Origin: Eubacteriales bacterium
GTDB taxonomy: Bacteria > Bacillota > Clostridia > Christensenellales > Aristaeellaceae
Direction: 5' to 3'
NCBI GenBank assembly: GCA_028701335.1
Contig: JAQVQY010000001.1
Coordinates: 1-52,531, forward strand
DNA: 52,531 nt
Part shown: piece by piece, positions 33,055 to 42,762 of the stretch
Layout: each line of letters begins with the position of its first letter
Numbering within the stretch: the stretch's first letter is position 1
Made by a program: the position numbers and the translations under genes
The notes under the pieces: model-generated
Database searches by the model: none
The model's input: the letters and a program-made list of their open reading frames with translations, nothing else
Told to the model about the DNA's origin: nothing

Positions 33055-34301
33055 TCCCTTATCGGCTCAAACAATACATCAGGCTCTTCAATATCCACCC
33101 TAATAACAAGCCCGTTGCCAAGCTTGGCCTTTGGCCAGGGGATACGCCAGCTGGCGTCCCCTTCCCCCGTAGTGCGCAGGGTCACAGGCAGTTCCTGGCC
33201 GTCTATTAGTAAGGTGGCCCTTAGGGGCTTGTTCTTGATGCCCAGAAGGTAGATATCCTCCCGTTTCTCTAACAGATGCAGATAAAGCGCGTGCGGTTTT
33301 GCGGTGAACAAACACCAGTCCCCCACATCATATGGATAGATCGGTACAGGGCTTGCACCATAAAGGGCTTCGCCATTCTCCCGCATGAAGGCACCGATTT
33401 CCCCGATCCTGTTAACGCTGTCCTCAGGCACCCGGCCGTATGCGTCAGGCCCAATATTCAGCAGGTAGTTGCCGCCCCGGCTCACGGTTTTCACGAGGCT
33501 CCTGATCAGGTGCCCGGCGCTTTTCCAGTTTGTGTCAAAGCGGCTGTACCCCCAGGTGTGGTTGATGGTAGCCGGCACCTCAAAGGGCTTTGGATATGGA
33601 AGGAGAGGAAGGAAGTTGTCCCCGGTGGTCATGTAATCTCCCAGCCCGTGCCCAACGCGCCCGCTGATAAGGCAATCGGGCTGAATGGAGCGCACCAGGC
33701 CCGTCAGTTCCGATGATTCTGCCCGCGTCATCCGCATGGGCGTGTCAAACCAGATCAGGCCGATGTCCCCATAGTTGGTCAGCAGCTCTTTTAGCTGCGG
33801 GATGCATTTCTCATCCAAGTACTCCCGGAAGCGCGGGTTGGGATCCCGAAACCGCTCTTCGATCCCGCCTGGGTGATGCCAATCCTGGGCCTGGGAATAA
33901 TAGAAGCACAGTTTCAGCCCGTATTTATCGCAAGCCCGGCGGAAGTCCTCCGCCGGATCGCGGCCGTAAGGCGTTGCCGCCACGATATTGTACGGGCTCG
34001 CCTTTGAGTCAAACATGGCAAAACCATCATGATGTTTGGCCGTAAACACAAGATAGCGCATCCCGGCGTCTCTGGCCATGCGTACGACGGCATTCGCGTT
34101 AAAGTCCGATGGCTGAAAATACCCAGCCAGCTTCTCATATTCTTGCCTGGGAATCTTTAGATCGTGCATGATCCATTCGGCGATATTATGGGTTCGTTTC
34201 CCGCGGTATTCCCCTGCCAGCAGCGCGTATAATCCCCAATGCACAAATAGCCCGAATTTACCCTCTGACCACCAGGAGGCTTTCTTGGCGATTGACAGCA
34301 C
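33051..34301 (-). CDS. alpha-L-fucosidase (GH29)
   Basis: Contains FGLFVHWGLYA, TAKHHDGFAMFDS, IWFDT and GGNYLLNIGP, all GH29 hallmarks. Confidence 0.9.
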   Translation of the reverse strand: MLSIAKKASWWSEGKFGLFVHWGLYALLAGEYRGKRTHNIAEWIMHDLKIPRQEYEKLAGYFQPSDFNANAVVRMARDAGMRYLVFTAKHHDGFAMFDSKASPYNIVAATPYGRDPAEDFRRACDKYGLKLCFYYSQAQDWHHPGGIEERFRDPNPRFREYLDEKCIPQLKELLTNYGDIGLIWFDTPMRMTRAESSELTGLVRSIQPDCLISGRVGHGLGDYMTTGDNFLPLLPYPKPFEVPATINHTWGYSRFDTNWKSAGHLIRSLVKTVSRGGNYLLNIGPDAYGRVPEDSVNRIGEIGAFMRENGEALYGASPVPIYPYDVGDWCLFTAKPHALYLHLLEKREDIYLLGIKNKPLRATLLIDGQELPVTLRTTGEGDASWRIPWPKAKLGNGLVIRVDIEEPDVLFEPIRD

Positions 34302-34325
34302 AGGCTTTATCCTCTTTTTCTTTCG

Positions 34326-35168
34326 TTATCCCTTGACCGCACCCGCGGTCAATCCCTCAACTACAAAGCGCTGCATTACCGCAAACATGATAGCCGTTGG
34401 AAGCAATGCGAGCACACCGCCGGCCATCAGCACGCCCCACTTCACATCGTATTTGCCGATGAGCGATTTGAGCCCCACCGGCACCGTCCACATGTCTGAT
34501 GTGCTGATGAAAATAGTTCCCGCAATTAACTCGTTCCATGAGCCAATAAATGCAAAGACAAACACCGCAACAATCCCCGGAAACATGATGGGCAAAATAA
34601 TTTTGAACAGCCCCTGCCAACGGGTGCAGCCATCCACAAAAGCTGCCTCCTCCAGCGTATAGGGAATACGCTCAAAGAAGCTACGCATGGTTATAACACA
34701 GAAGGGAAGATTCACTACCAAGTAGTAGATAAAGAGGCTGAAACGCTTATTGATCAGCCCGGCGTTGGCGAAAATGACATACAGCGGAATGATGACCAGA
34801 ATTCCTGGAATCATCTGGGTCAAGAGAAAAAACATAAGCATGCTCCCCTTGCCCCTAAATTCATAGCGCGCGAAAGCATATCCGCCCAGGATAGACAGCA
34901 GGGTGATTACAATGGCAGTGCTGCCAGAGATAATCACGGAGTTCTTGAGCATTGAGCCATAATTGTACATGGAAAACAGCTGGTCATAGTTTTCGCCTGT
35001 TATAGCCTGCGGGAAGTAGGTGAGATTTTGGGCATCTATGATCTCGGTGTGCGGCTTGAGCGAGGTGGCCATCATCCAGTAAATGGGCAAAATGACCAAC
35101 AGCAAATATGCCGCCAGTAGCAACACACGCCCTGAGGTGGACAGGTTTCTTTTCATTCTGTCAGTCAT
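34326..35168 (-). CDS. carbohydrate ABC transporter permease (MalG-like)
   Basis: EAA loop EEAAFVDGCTRWQGLFKIILPIMFPG. Confidence 0.92.
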   Translation of the reverse strand: MTDRMKRNLSTSGRVLLLAAYLLLVILPIYWMMATSLKPHTEIIDAQNLTYFPQAITGENYDQLFSMYNYGSMLKNSVIISGSTAIVITLLSILGGYAFARYEFRGKGSMLMFFLLTQMIPGILVIIPLYVIFANAGLINKRFSLFIYYLVVNLPFCVITMRSFFERIPYTLEEAAFVDGCTRWQGLFKIILPIMFPGIVAVFVFAFIGSWNELIAGTIFISTSDMWTVPVGLKSLIGKYDVKWGVLMAGGVLALLPTAIMFAVMQRFVVEGLTAGAVKG

Positions 35169-36151
35169 CAGAAATCACCTGCCTTGTTATATTTTGTCAC
35201 CTTTAGAAAGAACACCGCGTAGAGGCCCAGCGCCACCATCAATATCACGCCAAGGGCCGATGCCAGCCCAAAGTCGTACCCTGAAAACGCGCGGGTGTAC
35301 ATGTATGAAGGAAGTGTCTGGGAGTGGTTGGCAGGTCCTCCGCCGGTAATCACCACAATCAGGTCAAAGGAATTAAACACCCAAATTGTGCGCAACAGAA
35401 GCGTCATGATGACCGTTGGTTTGATGTAGGGTAAAGTGATAGCAAAATAACGTCGAACCGCGCCGCAGCCATCGATGTCCGCAGCTTCATATACATCCTC
35501 GGGAATGGACTGAAGCGCTGCCAGATACATGATGGCGAAAAAGGGGACACCCATCCAGATCATGGCCAGAATAACCACCAGCAGCGATAGTCCCGGCGTG
35601 CCCAACCACGCGATTTTTTCGGTGATGATGCCCAGCTTCATCAGCAGATCATTTACCACGCCATACTCGCCGTTAAAGGACCAGCGAAACATTAGTCCCA
35701 CCACAAAAGCGGAGAATGCCCAAGGTAAAAAAACAATGGCCTGATAGACACCTCTTCCCTTGAATTTTCGCCTCAATGCCAGCGCCAGCGTCATTCCCAA
35801 AAGGAACTGCATCCCCACGCTGGCGACCACATAAATGAGGGAATTTCGGATAATCAGCCCAATATCACGATCTGCGAACAGGGTTTTGAAATTACCGAAA
35901 TTGTTAAAATAGCTGTTTCCCGGCTGAGTGAGTTTATAGTTCTGCAGGGACATGACCACAGAGTTGATCAGTGGATAACCAAATGCCAGTAACAGCAGAA
36001 TAAGCACTGGCATGATAAACAAATAGGGCTCCAGTTTTCGGCTCACCTGAAATCGCTTGTTGTGTTTTTTTTCATAACGCCGCAGGAGCCTGATTCCTAA
36101 TACAAACAAGGCAACAATTAGCAGGATATATAGCGCGATTTGCCAACCCAT
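35168..36151 (-). CDS. carbohydrate ABC transporter permease (MalF-like)
   Basis: EAA loop YEAADIDGCGAVRRYFAITLPYIKP. Confidence 0.92.
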   Translation of the reverse strand: MGWQIALYILLIVALFVLGIRLLRRYEKKHNKRFQVSRKLEPYLFIMPVLILLLLAFGYPLINSVVMSLQNYKLTQPGNSYFNNFGNFKTLFADRDIGLIIRNSLIYVVASVGMQFLLGMTLALALRRKFKGRGVYQAIVFLPWAFSAFVVGLMFRWSFNGEYGVVNDLLMKLGIITEKIAWLGTPGLSLLVVILAMIWMGVPFFAIMYLAALQSIPEDVYEAADIDGCGAVRRYFAITLPYIKPTVIMTLLLRTIWVFNSFDLIVVITGGGPANHSQTLPSYMYTRAFSGYDFGLASALGVILMVALGLYAVFFLKVTKYNKAGDF

Positions 36152-36205
36152 GTAGTATGCGCCTCCTTTCTGTGACCAAGTATCCCAGGCTCGCCGGAAT
36201 TAACA

Positions 36206-36234
36206 GCAGGCGGCGGTTTTATTCCGCCGCCTGC
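36206..36234 (-). terminator. intercistronic GC-rich hairpin after the binding-protein gene
   Basis: 11-bp arms GCAGGCGGCGG/CCGCCGCCTGC with a 7-nt loop, followed on the minus strand by TGTTAATT. Confidence 0.45.
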
Positions 36235-36242
36235 CAGGGAAA

Positions 36243-37574
36243 TCAGTCGCTCAGACTCTTGGGCTGCTCAACGGCGCTTCCCGGATTATCTGCCAGGTAT
36301 TGCTTCATGCGATTCTCCAACTCCCCTGCCACATAGCCCAGGGAAGCCTCAGCGTCCTGCTGGCCCAGGAGGTATTTCTGCATTTCCTCATGCATCATGC
36401 CCTGGTGCATATCAGTGTAGCTGAAAGGGCCAAAGGCGCATGGTACCACGAGCTTTGGATCGTTCAACTGCTGCATGAATGTGGCATAATAGCCATCCGG
36501 GCCATAGAAGGGATCGTCACCCACATCCTTCTTAATGGGAATCAGCCCGGTCAGTTTGCAGTATTCAATGTTATTGTCGGGCCTGGTCAGGAACTGAATC
36601 AGCTCCCAGGCAGCATCGGGGTTTTGGGAGTTGGCGGAAATGGAATAGGCATAAGGAGAGTTGATGGTGTTGTAAATTTGGCCGTCCACGTCACTTGCGG
36701 GCATAGGCATCACCATCCACTCGTCATCCTCCATGTTGGCGATGCAGGTGGCCGTCACTTCCGAGTCGTTGATGAGGGTGCCGGTAAGTCCGCCGGTGAA
36801 GTTGTCTACCATCTCGATGAAGCCCCAGTTGATGGAATCCTTTGGAGCGTTCCCATCCAGATACAGACCATTCCAAATTTTATAGGCCTCAGTAGCCTCT
36901 GGGGAATTAAACAGCGCGGAACCGTCATCCGCGTAAGCCCGGCCACCAGTGAAAGTTTGCAGGTACACAAACAAGGGGTCAAAAGCACCGCGCGCACCAC
37001 GGAAGGAGGTGCCATAGCGGTTCTTTTCCGGGTTGGTGAGTTTCCTAACCGTGTCAAAATACTCGGTGTAGGTCCAACCCTTGGCTGGATCCAGCTCAAG
37101 GCCTTCCTCAGCCGCCCAGTCTTTGCGTACAAATACGCCCTTGACCATCATGCCATCCGGAACGGTATAGGTATCACCATATAGCTCGTTTTCGCCTTTC
37201 CAGACCAACTTGGTGACAGTGTCCGTGTATTCGGCTTCAGTGCCCGCTATGTAGTCCTTCAGCGGGATTACCCAGTTGGCGGCAGTGAACTGCCCCAACC
37301 AGCCAGCCCATGTGGTAATTACATCGGGCAATTGGTTTGAAGCGCCCAGGATTGTGAGCTTATTGGCCGCGTCATCCCACGGCACGCTCTCATACGCCAC
37401 CGCGATGCCTGTTTCTTGCTGGAACTTGGCAAAGGTCTTCTCAAAGTATTCCTGCCTAACAGGGCTGGGGGAGACGTCAATGAACCGGAGTTCCACACCC
37501 GTGGCGGCTCCTGCCAGGGTAATCGGCAATACCAGCGCCAGGCAGAGCAGTGCTGCAACCAGTCTCTTCTTCAT
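36243..37574 (-). CDS. extracellular solute-binding protein, CUT1 sugar ABC family
   Basis: Signal peptide MKKRLVAALLCLALVLPITLAGAATG with a family 1 SBP body. ATG 37574 lies 8 nt after GGAGG. The track start is TTG 37577. Confidence 0.9.
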   Translation of the reverse strand: MKKRLVAALLCLALVLPITLAGAATGVELRFIDVSPSPVRQEYFEKTFAKFQQETGIAVAYESVPWDDAANKLTILGASNQLPDVITTWAGWLGQFTAANWVIPLKDYIAGTEAEYTDTVTKLVWKGENELYGDTYTVPDGMMVKGVFVRKDWAAEEGLELDPAKGWTYTEYFDTVRKLTNPEKNRYGTSFRGARGAFDPLFVYLQTFTGGRAYADDGSALFNSPEATEAYKIWNGLYLDGNAPKDSINWGFIEMVDNFTGGLTGTLINDSEVTATCIANMEDDEWMVMPMPASDVDGQIYNTINSPYAYSISANSQNPDAAWELIQFLTRPDNNIEYCKLTGLIPIKKDVGDDPFYGPDGYYATFMQQLNDPKLVVPCAFGPFSYTDMHQGMMHEEMQKYLLGQQDAEASLGYVAGELENRMKQYLADNPGSAVEQPKSLSD

Positions 37575-37619
37575 CAATTTCGACCTCCAATTTTATTTAT
37601 GGGCATGCCATCATGCCTG

Positions 37620-38798
37620 TTATACTTGCTCAAGCGCCTGCGTCAGGTCGGCGATCAGATTATCCGCGCCCTCCAGGCCGCAATGGATGCGGACAAGGCC
37701 CCTGGAAACGCCGGAGTCACGCAGTTCTTCCTCCTCGGCGCCATACATCGGGCAGAGGGCCAGGCTTTCATAGCCGCCCCAGGAACAGCCCTTTCCATAG
37801 AGCTTAAGGGCGTTGATCATCCTCACCGCATCCTCAGGCGACCGGTCCAGCTCAAAGCTCATCAGCCCCGTGTGCCCGCGCATCTGCCGGGCAATGAGGT
37901 CCGCCTGGGGATGGGACATTAGCCCGGTATAGTGCACCCGCTTGACCTTGGGGTGCCTTTCCAGAAACAGCGCCACTTTCATGGCCGTATCCTGGTGAAC
38001 CGCCAGCCGCGCGGCAAGCGACCGAAGCCCGCGGATGGCCAGCCAGGCCTCCATCGGTCCCAATATGCCACCCAGCCATTCCCTGACGCTGTGGCGCATC
38101 TCATGGATCCATGCGCCATCCCGGGAAATCAAAGCGCCGCCAATCAGGTCACTGTGGCCACCGACGTATTTGGACAAGGTGTGCATCACGATGTCGATGC
38201 CGAAGTCAAGAGGGTTCTGGTTCAGGGGCGTGGCGTAGGTGTTGTCCATGTAAGTCTTCACCCCGCGCTCGCAGCAGATATCTGCAATGGCCTTCAAATC
38301 AACCACGGAGAACACAAAGGTGGCCGGGCTCTCAAGGATCATCAGCCGTGTGGTGGGGCGGATAGCACTCCGGATTTCCTCCAGGTCCTGGCCTGACACG
38401 AAACTGATGTCGATGTTCAGCCTTGGCTTCCCCACCTGAGCCATAAAACGGTGGACGGGGCGGTAGGAATCACGCATACACAGGATGTGGTCCCCCGCCT
38501 GGCAGGTGCCAAGGATGGCGCTGGTGGCCGCCGCCATGCCGGAGGAGAACACCAGCGCGTCTTCCCCGTGTTCCAGCGCCGCCAGCTTCTGCTCCAAAAG
38601 CCGCGCGGTGGGATTGGATACCCGGCCGTAAATGAAGGCCTCCTCATCCTCCCCTGCTCCCGCCTTCATGTATTCCTCAAAAGTAGGGAACACATGCAGG
38701 GAGCTGAAATACACCGGCGGGGATATGGCCCCCAACTGGCCGGCATAGTCCTCAAACCCATGGGTCAGGTTATATAGTTGTTCGTTGTCCAACTTCAT
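37620..38798 (-). CDS. Cys/Met-metabolism PLP-dependent enzyme (cystathionine beta-lyase/gamma-synthase family)
   Basis: Matches a PF01053-like layout, with YGRVSNPT, SSGMAA and the PLP lysine in HTLSKYVGGHSD. Confidence 0.88.
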   Translation of the reverse strand: MKLDNEQLYNLTHGFEDYAGQLGAISPPVYFSSLHVFPTFEEYMKAGAGEDEEAFIYGRVSNPTARLLEQKLAALEHGEDALVFSSGMAAATSAILGTCQAGDHILCMRDSYRPVHRFMAQVGKPRLNIDISFVSGQDLEEIRSAIRPTTRLMILESPATFVFSVVDLKAIADICCERGVKTYMDNTYATPLNQNPLDFGIDIVMHTLSKYVGGHSDLIGGALISRDGAWIHEMRHSVREWLGGILGPMEAWLAIRGLRSLAARLAVHQDTAMKVALFLERHPKVKRVHYTGLMSHPQADLIARQMRGHTGLMSFELDRSPEDAVRMINALKLYGKGCSWGGYESLALCPMYGAEEEELRDSGVSRGLVRIHCGLEGADNLIADLTQALEQV

Positions 38799-38880
38799 CT
38801 TTGCTTACATCCTTTAAAAACACTACAGCAAATCGTCCAATGCCATCCTAAGGGAAGGCCACATACCCTGTCAAGTGAAC

Positions 38881-39642
38881 TCAGGCTTCGCTGCCCGCGT
38901 GATTGTAGCCTCCATACACCGTACCGGACAGGGTCACGCAGGTCCGCTCGTCCTTCTGGCAGCGCAGGGAAAACGCGTCGCCGTTTATCATAAAGCGCAG
39001 GTCCACTTCCTCCTCCGGCAGCATCTCCTGGTGGAAGGTTACCTTGAGGGTGTGGATGGGCTGGCGCTTCAGGTCAACGCATTCGCTTAAGAAGCACAGG
39101 GCCCAGTCCGCGGTCCGGGAGTTGTTCACATGGCCGTTGCGGTCAATATCAGTGTACAGGGGCTTCCAGCGGTACAGAATCTCCCGGCCTTCCATAAGCT
39201 CCTGAGCGCCTCCGGGATAGGGCAGGGGTTTATCCAGGCCTTCATTGTCCGGCATGGCGGCGGCGATTTCCGGCACCTGGGTCATAGCGCGGCTGCGAAT
39301 GTCAGCCAGCGTCCAAAAGCTGCTGCCCCGCACCAGCCGTTGCCCTGCCTCATCCTCCACCAGATAAAAGCGGGGGTAGATGCCCCGGCGCGCCCGGGTT
39401 GGAAAGGACTTGCCCACGATGGTGTCAGCGATGGCCGGATAGCGGTCAATCACCATCTCATGCCGGGTCACCACCCAGACCGCCTGGTGCCGGTCCATCA
39501 TGGCCTGCCGGCCCGTGCCCAGACGCGCGGCGTGAAGCCCCGCCAACTCCTGCATGAACGACATGATGGCGTTGGGCTTCCAATATCCATAGCGGTCGCA
39601 TTCGCCTGATTCCAGCAGACGCCGGATGAGCTGCACATTCAT
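38881..39642 (-). CDS. acyl-ACP thioesterase (hot-dog fold)
   Basis: 253 aa. The two hot-dog halves have the WVVTRHEMVIDRYP and YTDIDRNGHVNN motifs typical of PF01643. Confidence 0.83.
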   Translation of the reverse strand: MNVQLIRRLLESGECDRYGYWKPNAIMSFMQELAGLHAARLGTGRQAMMDRHQAVWVVTRHEMVIDRYPAIADTIVGKSFPTRARRGIYPRFYLVEDEAGQRLVRGSSFWTLADIRSRAMTQVPEIAAAMPDNEGLDKPLPYPGGAQELMEGREILYRWKPLYTDIDRNGHVNNSRTADWALCFLSECVDLKRQPIHTLKVTFHQEMLPEEEVDLRFMINGDAFSLRCQKDERTCVTLSGTVYGGYNHAGSEA

Positions 39643-39684
39643 CCCCTTATCCCTCCTGTTCCCGGAAATTATATGGATTTCCCG

Positions 39685-40248
39685 CTAAAACTTCAACAAT
39701 ATCCCTGCCATGGCTGATATTGCGATATAGAGAATGGGGCTCTTTTTAAATTTCCGGATGCCCGCCAGCATGATGGCGAAGAAAAGGATATACTTCAGGC
39801 TGATCAGGTCTGACAGCACCCCGGTCTGTTGGTAAAGGTCAAAGTCCAAAACCGCCGTCCTGAAAACGCTCACCACAGCGGCAGCGATCAGCCCCGTAAC
39901 CGCCGGGCGCAGGCCGTAAAAAGCATATGTCACATACTTGCTTGAGCTGAAGCGTGCCAGTGATTTTGACACCAGCACCACGATAATGATGGAGGGCAGG
40001 ATCTCAGCCAGGGTGGCCACAATGCCGCCAAAAACGCCCGCGGTGTTGTAACCCACAAAGGTGGCCATATTGATGCCGATGGGCCCCGGAGTAGATTCGG
40101 AGATAGCGATCATGTCGGTGATAAGCTGCTGGTCAAACCAGCCGGTGCGCTCGCCCAGCCGCTGCAAAAAGGGCAGGGTGGCCATGCCTCCGCCTACGGC
40201 AAACAGGCCGATTTGCATGAATTCCCAGGCCAGCTGAAGGTAAATCAT
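39685..40248 (-). CDS. chromate transporter family protein (half-size, C-terminal type)
   Basis: Contains MIYLQLAWEFMQIGLFAVGGGMATLPF and ISESTPGPIGINMATFVGY. ATG 40248 overlaps the stop of the upstream half-gene (ATGA). The longer track ORF is an artefact. Confidence 0.87.
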   Translation of the reverse strand: MIYLQLAWEFMQIGLFAVGGGMATLPFLQRLGERTGWFDQQLITDMIAISESTPGPIGINMATFVGYNTAGVFGGIVATLAEILPSIIIVVLVSKSLARFSSSKYVTYAFYGLRPAVTGLIAAAVVSVFRTAVLDFDLYQQTGVLSDLISLKYILFFAIMLAGIRKFKKSPILYIAISAMAGILLKF

Positions 40249-40787
40249 GTCTTGCCCTCTCCCGCCCTCTTTACGGTTACGCCAGCCAGGGCGGAGACAA
40301 GCACCAGCCAAACGGGAGACACCTGGGTAAATACCGCCAGCGTGAACACTGTCACAGTGATGAGAACACCCACCCAGTCCTTCACGCCCCGCTTCCACAT
40401 GCTGATGACCGCGTCCAGGATCAGGGCGCATACGCAGATGGCGATGCCCTTAAAGGCGTGGCGCACCACGGGATTGTTCTGGAAATCCTGCATCAGGGAC
40501 GCAATCAAGGTAATGATGATGATGCTTGGAGTCACCACGCCCAGGGCTGCGGCGATGGCTCCCGGCGTCTTGCGGCGCTGGTAGCCGATGAACACCGAGA
40601 CATTTGACGCGATGAGACCGGGCAGTGTCTGGCTCACGGCGAAAAAGTCCATCACCTGCTCTTCGGTGAGCCAAGCGCGCTTCTCCACGATTTCCCGCCT
40701 TAAAATCGGCAGCATTGAGTAGCCCCCGCCAAAGGTCACCGACCCCATCTTAAAAAACAGCAGATAAATCTCCAGCAGCTCTTTCAC
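40245..40787 (-). CDS. chromate transporter family protein (half-size, N-terminal type)
   Basis: Contains FKMGSVTFGGGYSMLPILRREIVEKRAW and VSQTLPGLIASNVSVFIGY. The start is GTG. Confidence 0.87.
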   Translation of the reverse strand: MKELLEIYLLFFKMGSVTFGGGYSMLPILRREIVEKRAWLTEEQVMDFFAVSQTLPGLIASNVSVFIGYQRRKTPGAIAAALGVVTPSIIIITLIASLMQDFQNNPVVRHAFKGIAICVCALILDAVISMWKRGVKDWVGVLITVTVFTLAVFTQVSPVWLVLVSALAGVTVKRAGEGKT

Positions 40788-40851
40788 CTTGCCCCGCCTC
40801 TCGTTCTCGTGATGCGCCCATTATAACGCTTTATCATGCGAATGGGACACA

Positions 40852-40890
40852 ATGAAAAAGGCGGGGACTTCCTTTGAGGGACTCCCCGCC
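40852..40890 (-). terminator. rho-independent terminator after rny
   Basis: On the minus strand, GGCGGGGA...TCCCCGCC hairpin whose 3' arm runs into TTTTTCATT. Confidence 0.7.
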
Positions 40891-40909
40891 TTCTTGCGTC
40901 AGTAAAGTC

Positions 40910-42451
40910 TTACTTGGCGAGTTCCACGCTCCGGGTTTCCCGGATGACGTTCACCCGGATCTGCCCGGGGAATTCCATCTCGTCCTCAATCTGCTTGGCG
41001 ATCTGCTTGGCCATCACGCGGATGCCCTCGTCGTTTACGTCCTCGGGCTTCACCATGATGCGAAGCTCGCGGCCGGACTGGATGGCATAGCTTTTGTCCA
41101 CACCGGTAAAGCTGTTGGCGATTTCCTCAAGTTTGTTCAGGCGCTTGATATAGTTCTCCAGCATCTCGCGCCGGGCACCGGGCCTGGCGGCGGAGATGGC
41201 GTCAGCCGCCTGCACCAGCACCGCTTCCACGGTCATGGGTTCCTCATCGTTATGGTGGGCCAGGATACAGTGGATGACTTCCGGATGTTCCCGGTACTTG
41301 CGGGCGATTTCCCCGCCCAGGGCGGTGTGGGTGCCCTCCTGTTCCCGGTCAACCGCCTTGCCCAGGTCATGAAGGAGCCCAGCGCGCTTGGCCAATTGCA
41401 CATCGGCTCCCAGCTCCGCTGCCATCAGCCCTGCCAGGTGGGACACCTCAATCGAGTGCTTCAACACGTTTTGCCCGTAACTGGTGCGGTAGCGCATGCG
41501 GCCCAACAGCTTAACAATCTCCGGGTGCAGCCCGTGCTGCCCGGTCTCAAACACGGCCTGTTCGCCGGCTTCCTTGATCTGCTCGTCAATTTCCTTCTTG
41601 GCTTTCTCCACCATCTCCTCAATGCGGGCGGGGTGGATGCGGCCGTCGGCCAGCAGGCGCTCAATGGCGATGCGGGCCGTCTCCCGGCGGATGGGATCAA
41701 AGGCGGAGATGATCACCGCCTCGGGGGTGTCGTCAATGATCAGGTCAACGCCGGTGGCTGCCTCAAGGGCGCGGATATTGCGGCCCTCACGACCAATGAT
41801 GCGGCCTTTCATATCGTCATTGGGCAGGGGGATGACGGATACGGTGGTTTCCGACACATGGTCGGAAGCGCACTTCTGAATCGCCATGGCGATAATGTTC
41901 CGGGCCTTTTTATTGCCCTCTTCCTTGGCGTTTAGTTCAATGTCCCGCACGGCGGCGGCGGCGTCATGGTAGGCTTCCTTCTCCACCCGGGCGATGATGG
42001 CCTGGGTGGCCTCATCAGCGGTGAGCCCGGCGATGCGCTCAAGCTCACTGGACTGCTGATCCCTGAGCCGCTCGGCTTCAGCCAGGCGATGGTCGATTTC
42101 CTCAGATTTCTGGTTCATGCGTTCTTCGCGCTTTTCCAGGTTGTCCAACTTTTTGTCCAGCGTCTCTTCCCGCTGGGCCACGCGGCGTTCGCTGCGCAGC
42201 TGCTCATTGCGGCGGCTGGAGATCTCTCGGTCCAGCTCGGTCTTCAGGCGAAGGACCTCTTCCTTGGCTTCCAGGATGGCACTTTTTTTGTTTTCTTCCG
42301 CTTTTCTGGCGGCGTCATCAAGCAGTTCTTTGGCGTATGTTTCGGCGCGGCCAATTTTCTTTTCGCTGGTGTTCTTGTGGTAGGCGAATCCCCCGGCACC
42401 GCCCAGGGCGGCGGCCGCGAGCGCGATTATAACCCAAACAATGGGCGGCAT
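40910..42451 (-). CDS. rny: ribonuclease Y
   Basis: Contains an N-terminal TM helix, a coiled coil, the KH domain [29 protein letters not shown] and the HD domain LLHDLGKA. By eye it is nearly collinear with B. subtilis RNase Y. ATG 42451 behind AAGAAGGAGGAG matches the family N-terminus, and the track start at 42472 adds 7 residues. Confidence 0.97.
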   Translation of the reverse strand: MPPIVWVIIALAAAALGGAGGFAYHKNTSEKKIGRAETYAKELLDDAARKAEENKKSAILEAKEEVLRLKTELDREISSRRNEQLRSERRVAQREETLDKKLDNLEKREERMNQKSEEIDHRLAEAERLRDQQSSELERIAGLTADEATQAIIARVEKEAYHDAAAAVRDIELNAKEEGNKKARNIIAMAIQKCASDHVSETTVSVIPLPNDDMKGRIIGREGRNIRALEAATGVDLIIDDTPEAVIISAFDPIRRETARIAIERLLADGRIHPARIEEMVEKAKKEIDEQIKEAGEQAVFETGQHGLHPEIVKLLGRMRYRTSYGQNVLKHSIEVSHLAGLMAAELGADVQLAKRAGLLHDLGKAVDREQEGTHTALGGEIARKYREHPEVIHCILAHHNDEEPMTVEAVLVQAADAISAARPGARREMLENYIKRLNKLEEIANSFTGVDKSYAIQSGRELRIMVKPEDVNDEGIRVMAKQIAKQIEDEMEFPGQIRVNVIRETRSVELAK

Positions 42452-42705
42452 GCTCTCCTCCTTCTTCATCATTTCTGATGCGTTTCAATATCAATGTGTC
42501 CGTACTCACGCAAAAAGCCGTCAGCCAAAAGGCCTGGCGGCATTCAGAATGAAGGTGCATGAAAAGCAAGAAGCAACTATATCTCGTGCAGTCTGCTTAC
42601 GCGTCCTGTGTAGAAACGGCGATGCAATGCTTGCGTCGCCGGTAGAGCCCCTGTGTATCAAAACAGCCATTCCGTCTTACATTGGCGGGAATGCCGGACA
42701 GGCAC

Positions 42706-42735
42706 ATTGTAACAAACGGTATCCCCCCATGTCAA
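42706..42735 (-). promoter_or_regulatory. candidate sigma-A promoter about 250 nt upstream of rny
   Basis: On the minus strand, TTGACA (42735-30), an 18-nt spacer, then TACAAT (42711-06). Confidence 0.5.
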
Positions 42736-42762
42736 CACATCGCAAAACCTCGAAGAATGTGC

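Noticed and set aside
40874-41935. Long ORFs antisense or out of frame to confident genes. Examples are 40874-41935 opposite rny, 18111-19127 opposite the SBP, 8324-8965 and 9173-9937 opposite gyrA/gyrB, and 45331-46284.
   Set aside because: Their translations are low-complexity and rich in Arg, Gly, Ala and Pro, with no motifs. Such open frames are expected in GC-rich DNA, and the opposite-strand genes have unambiguous family signatures.
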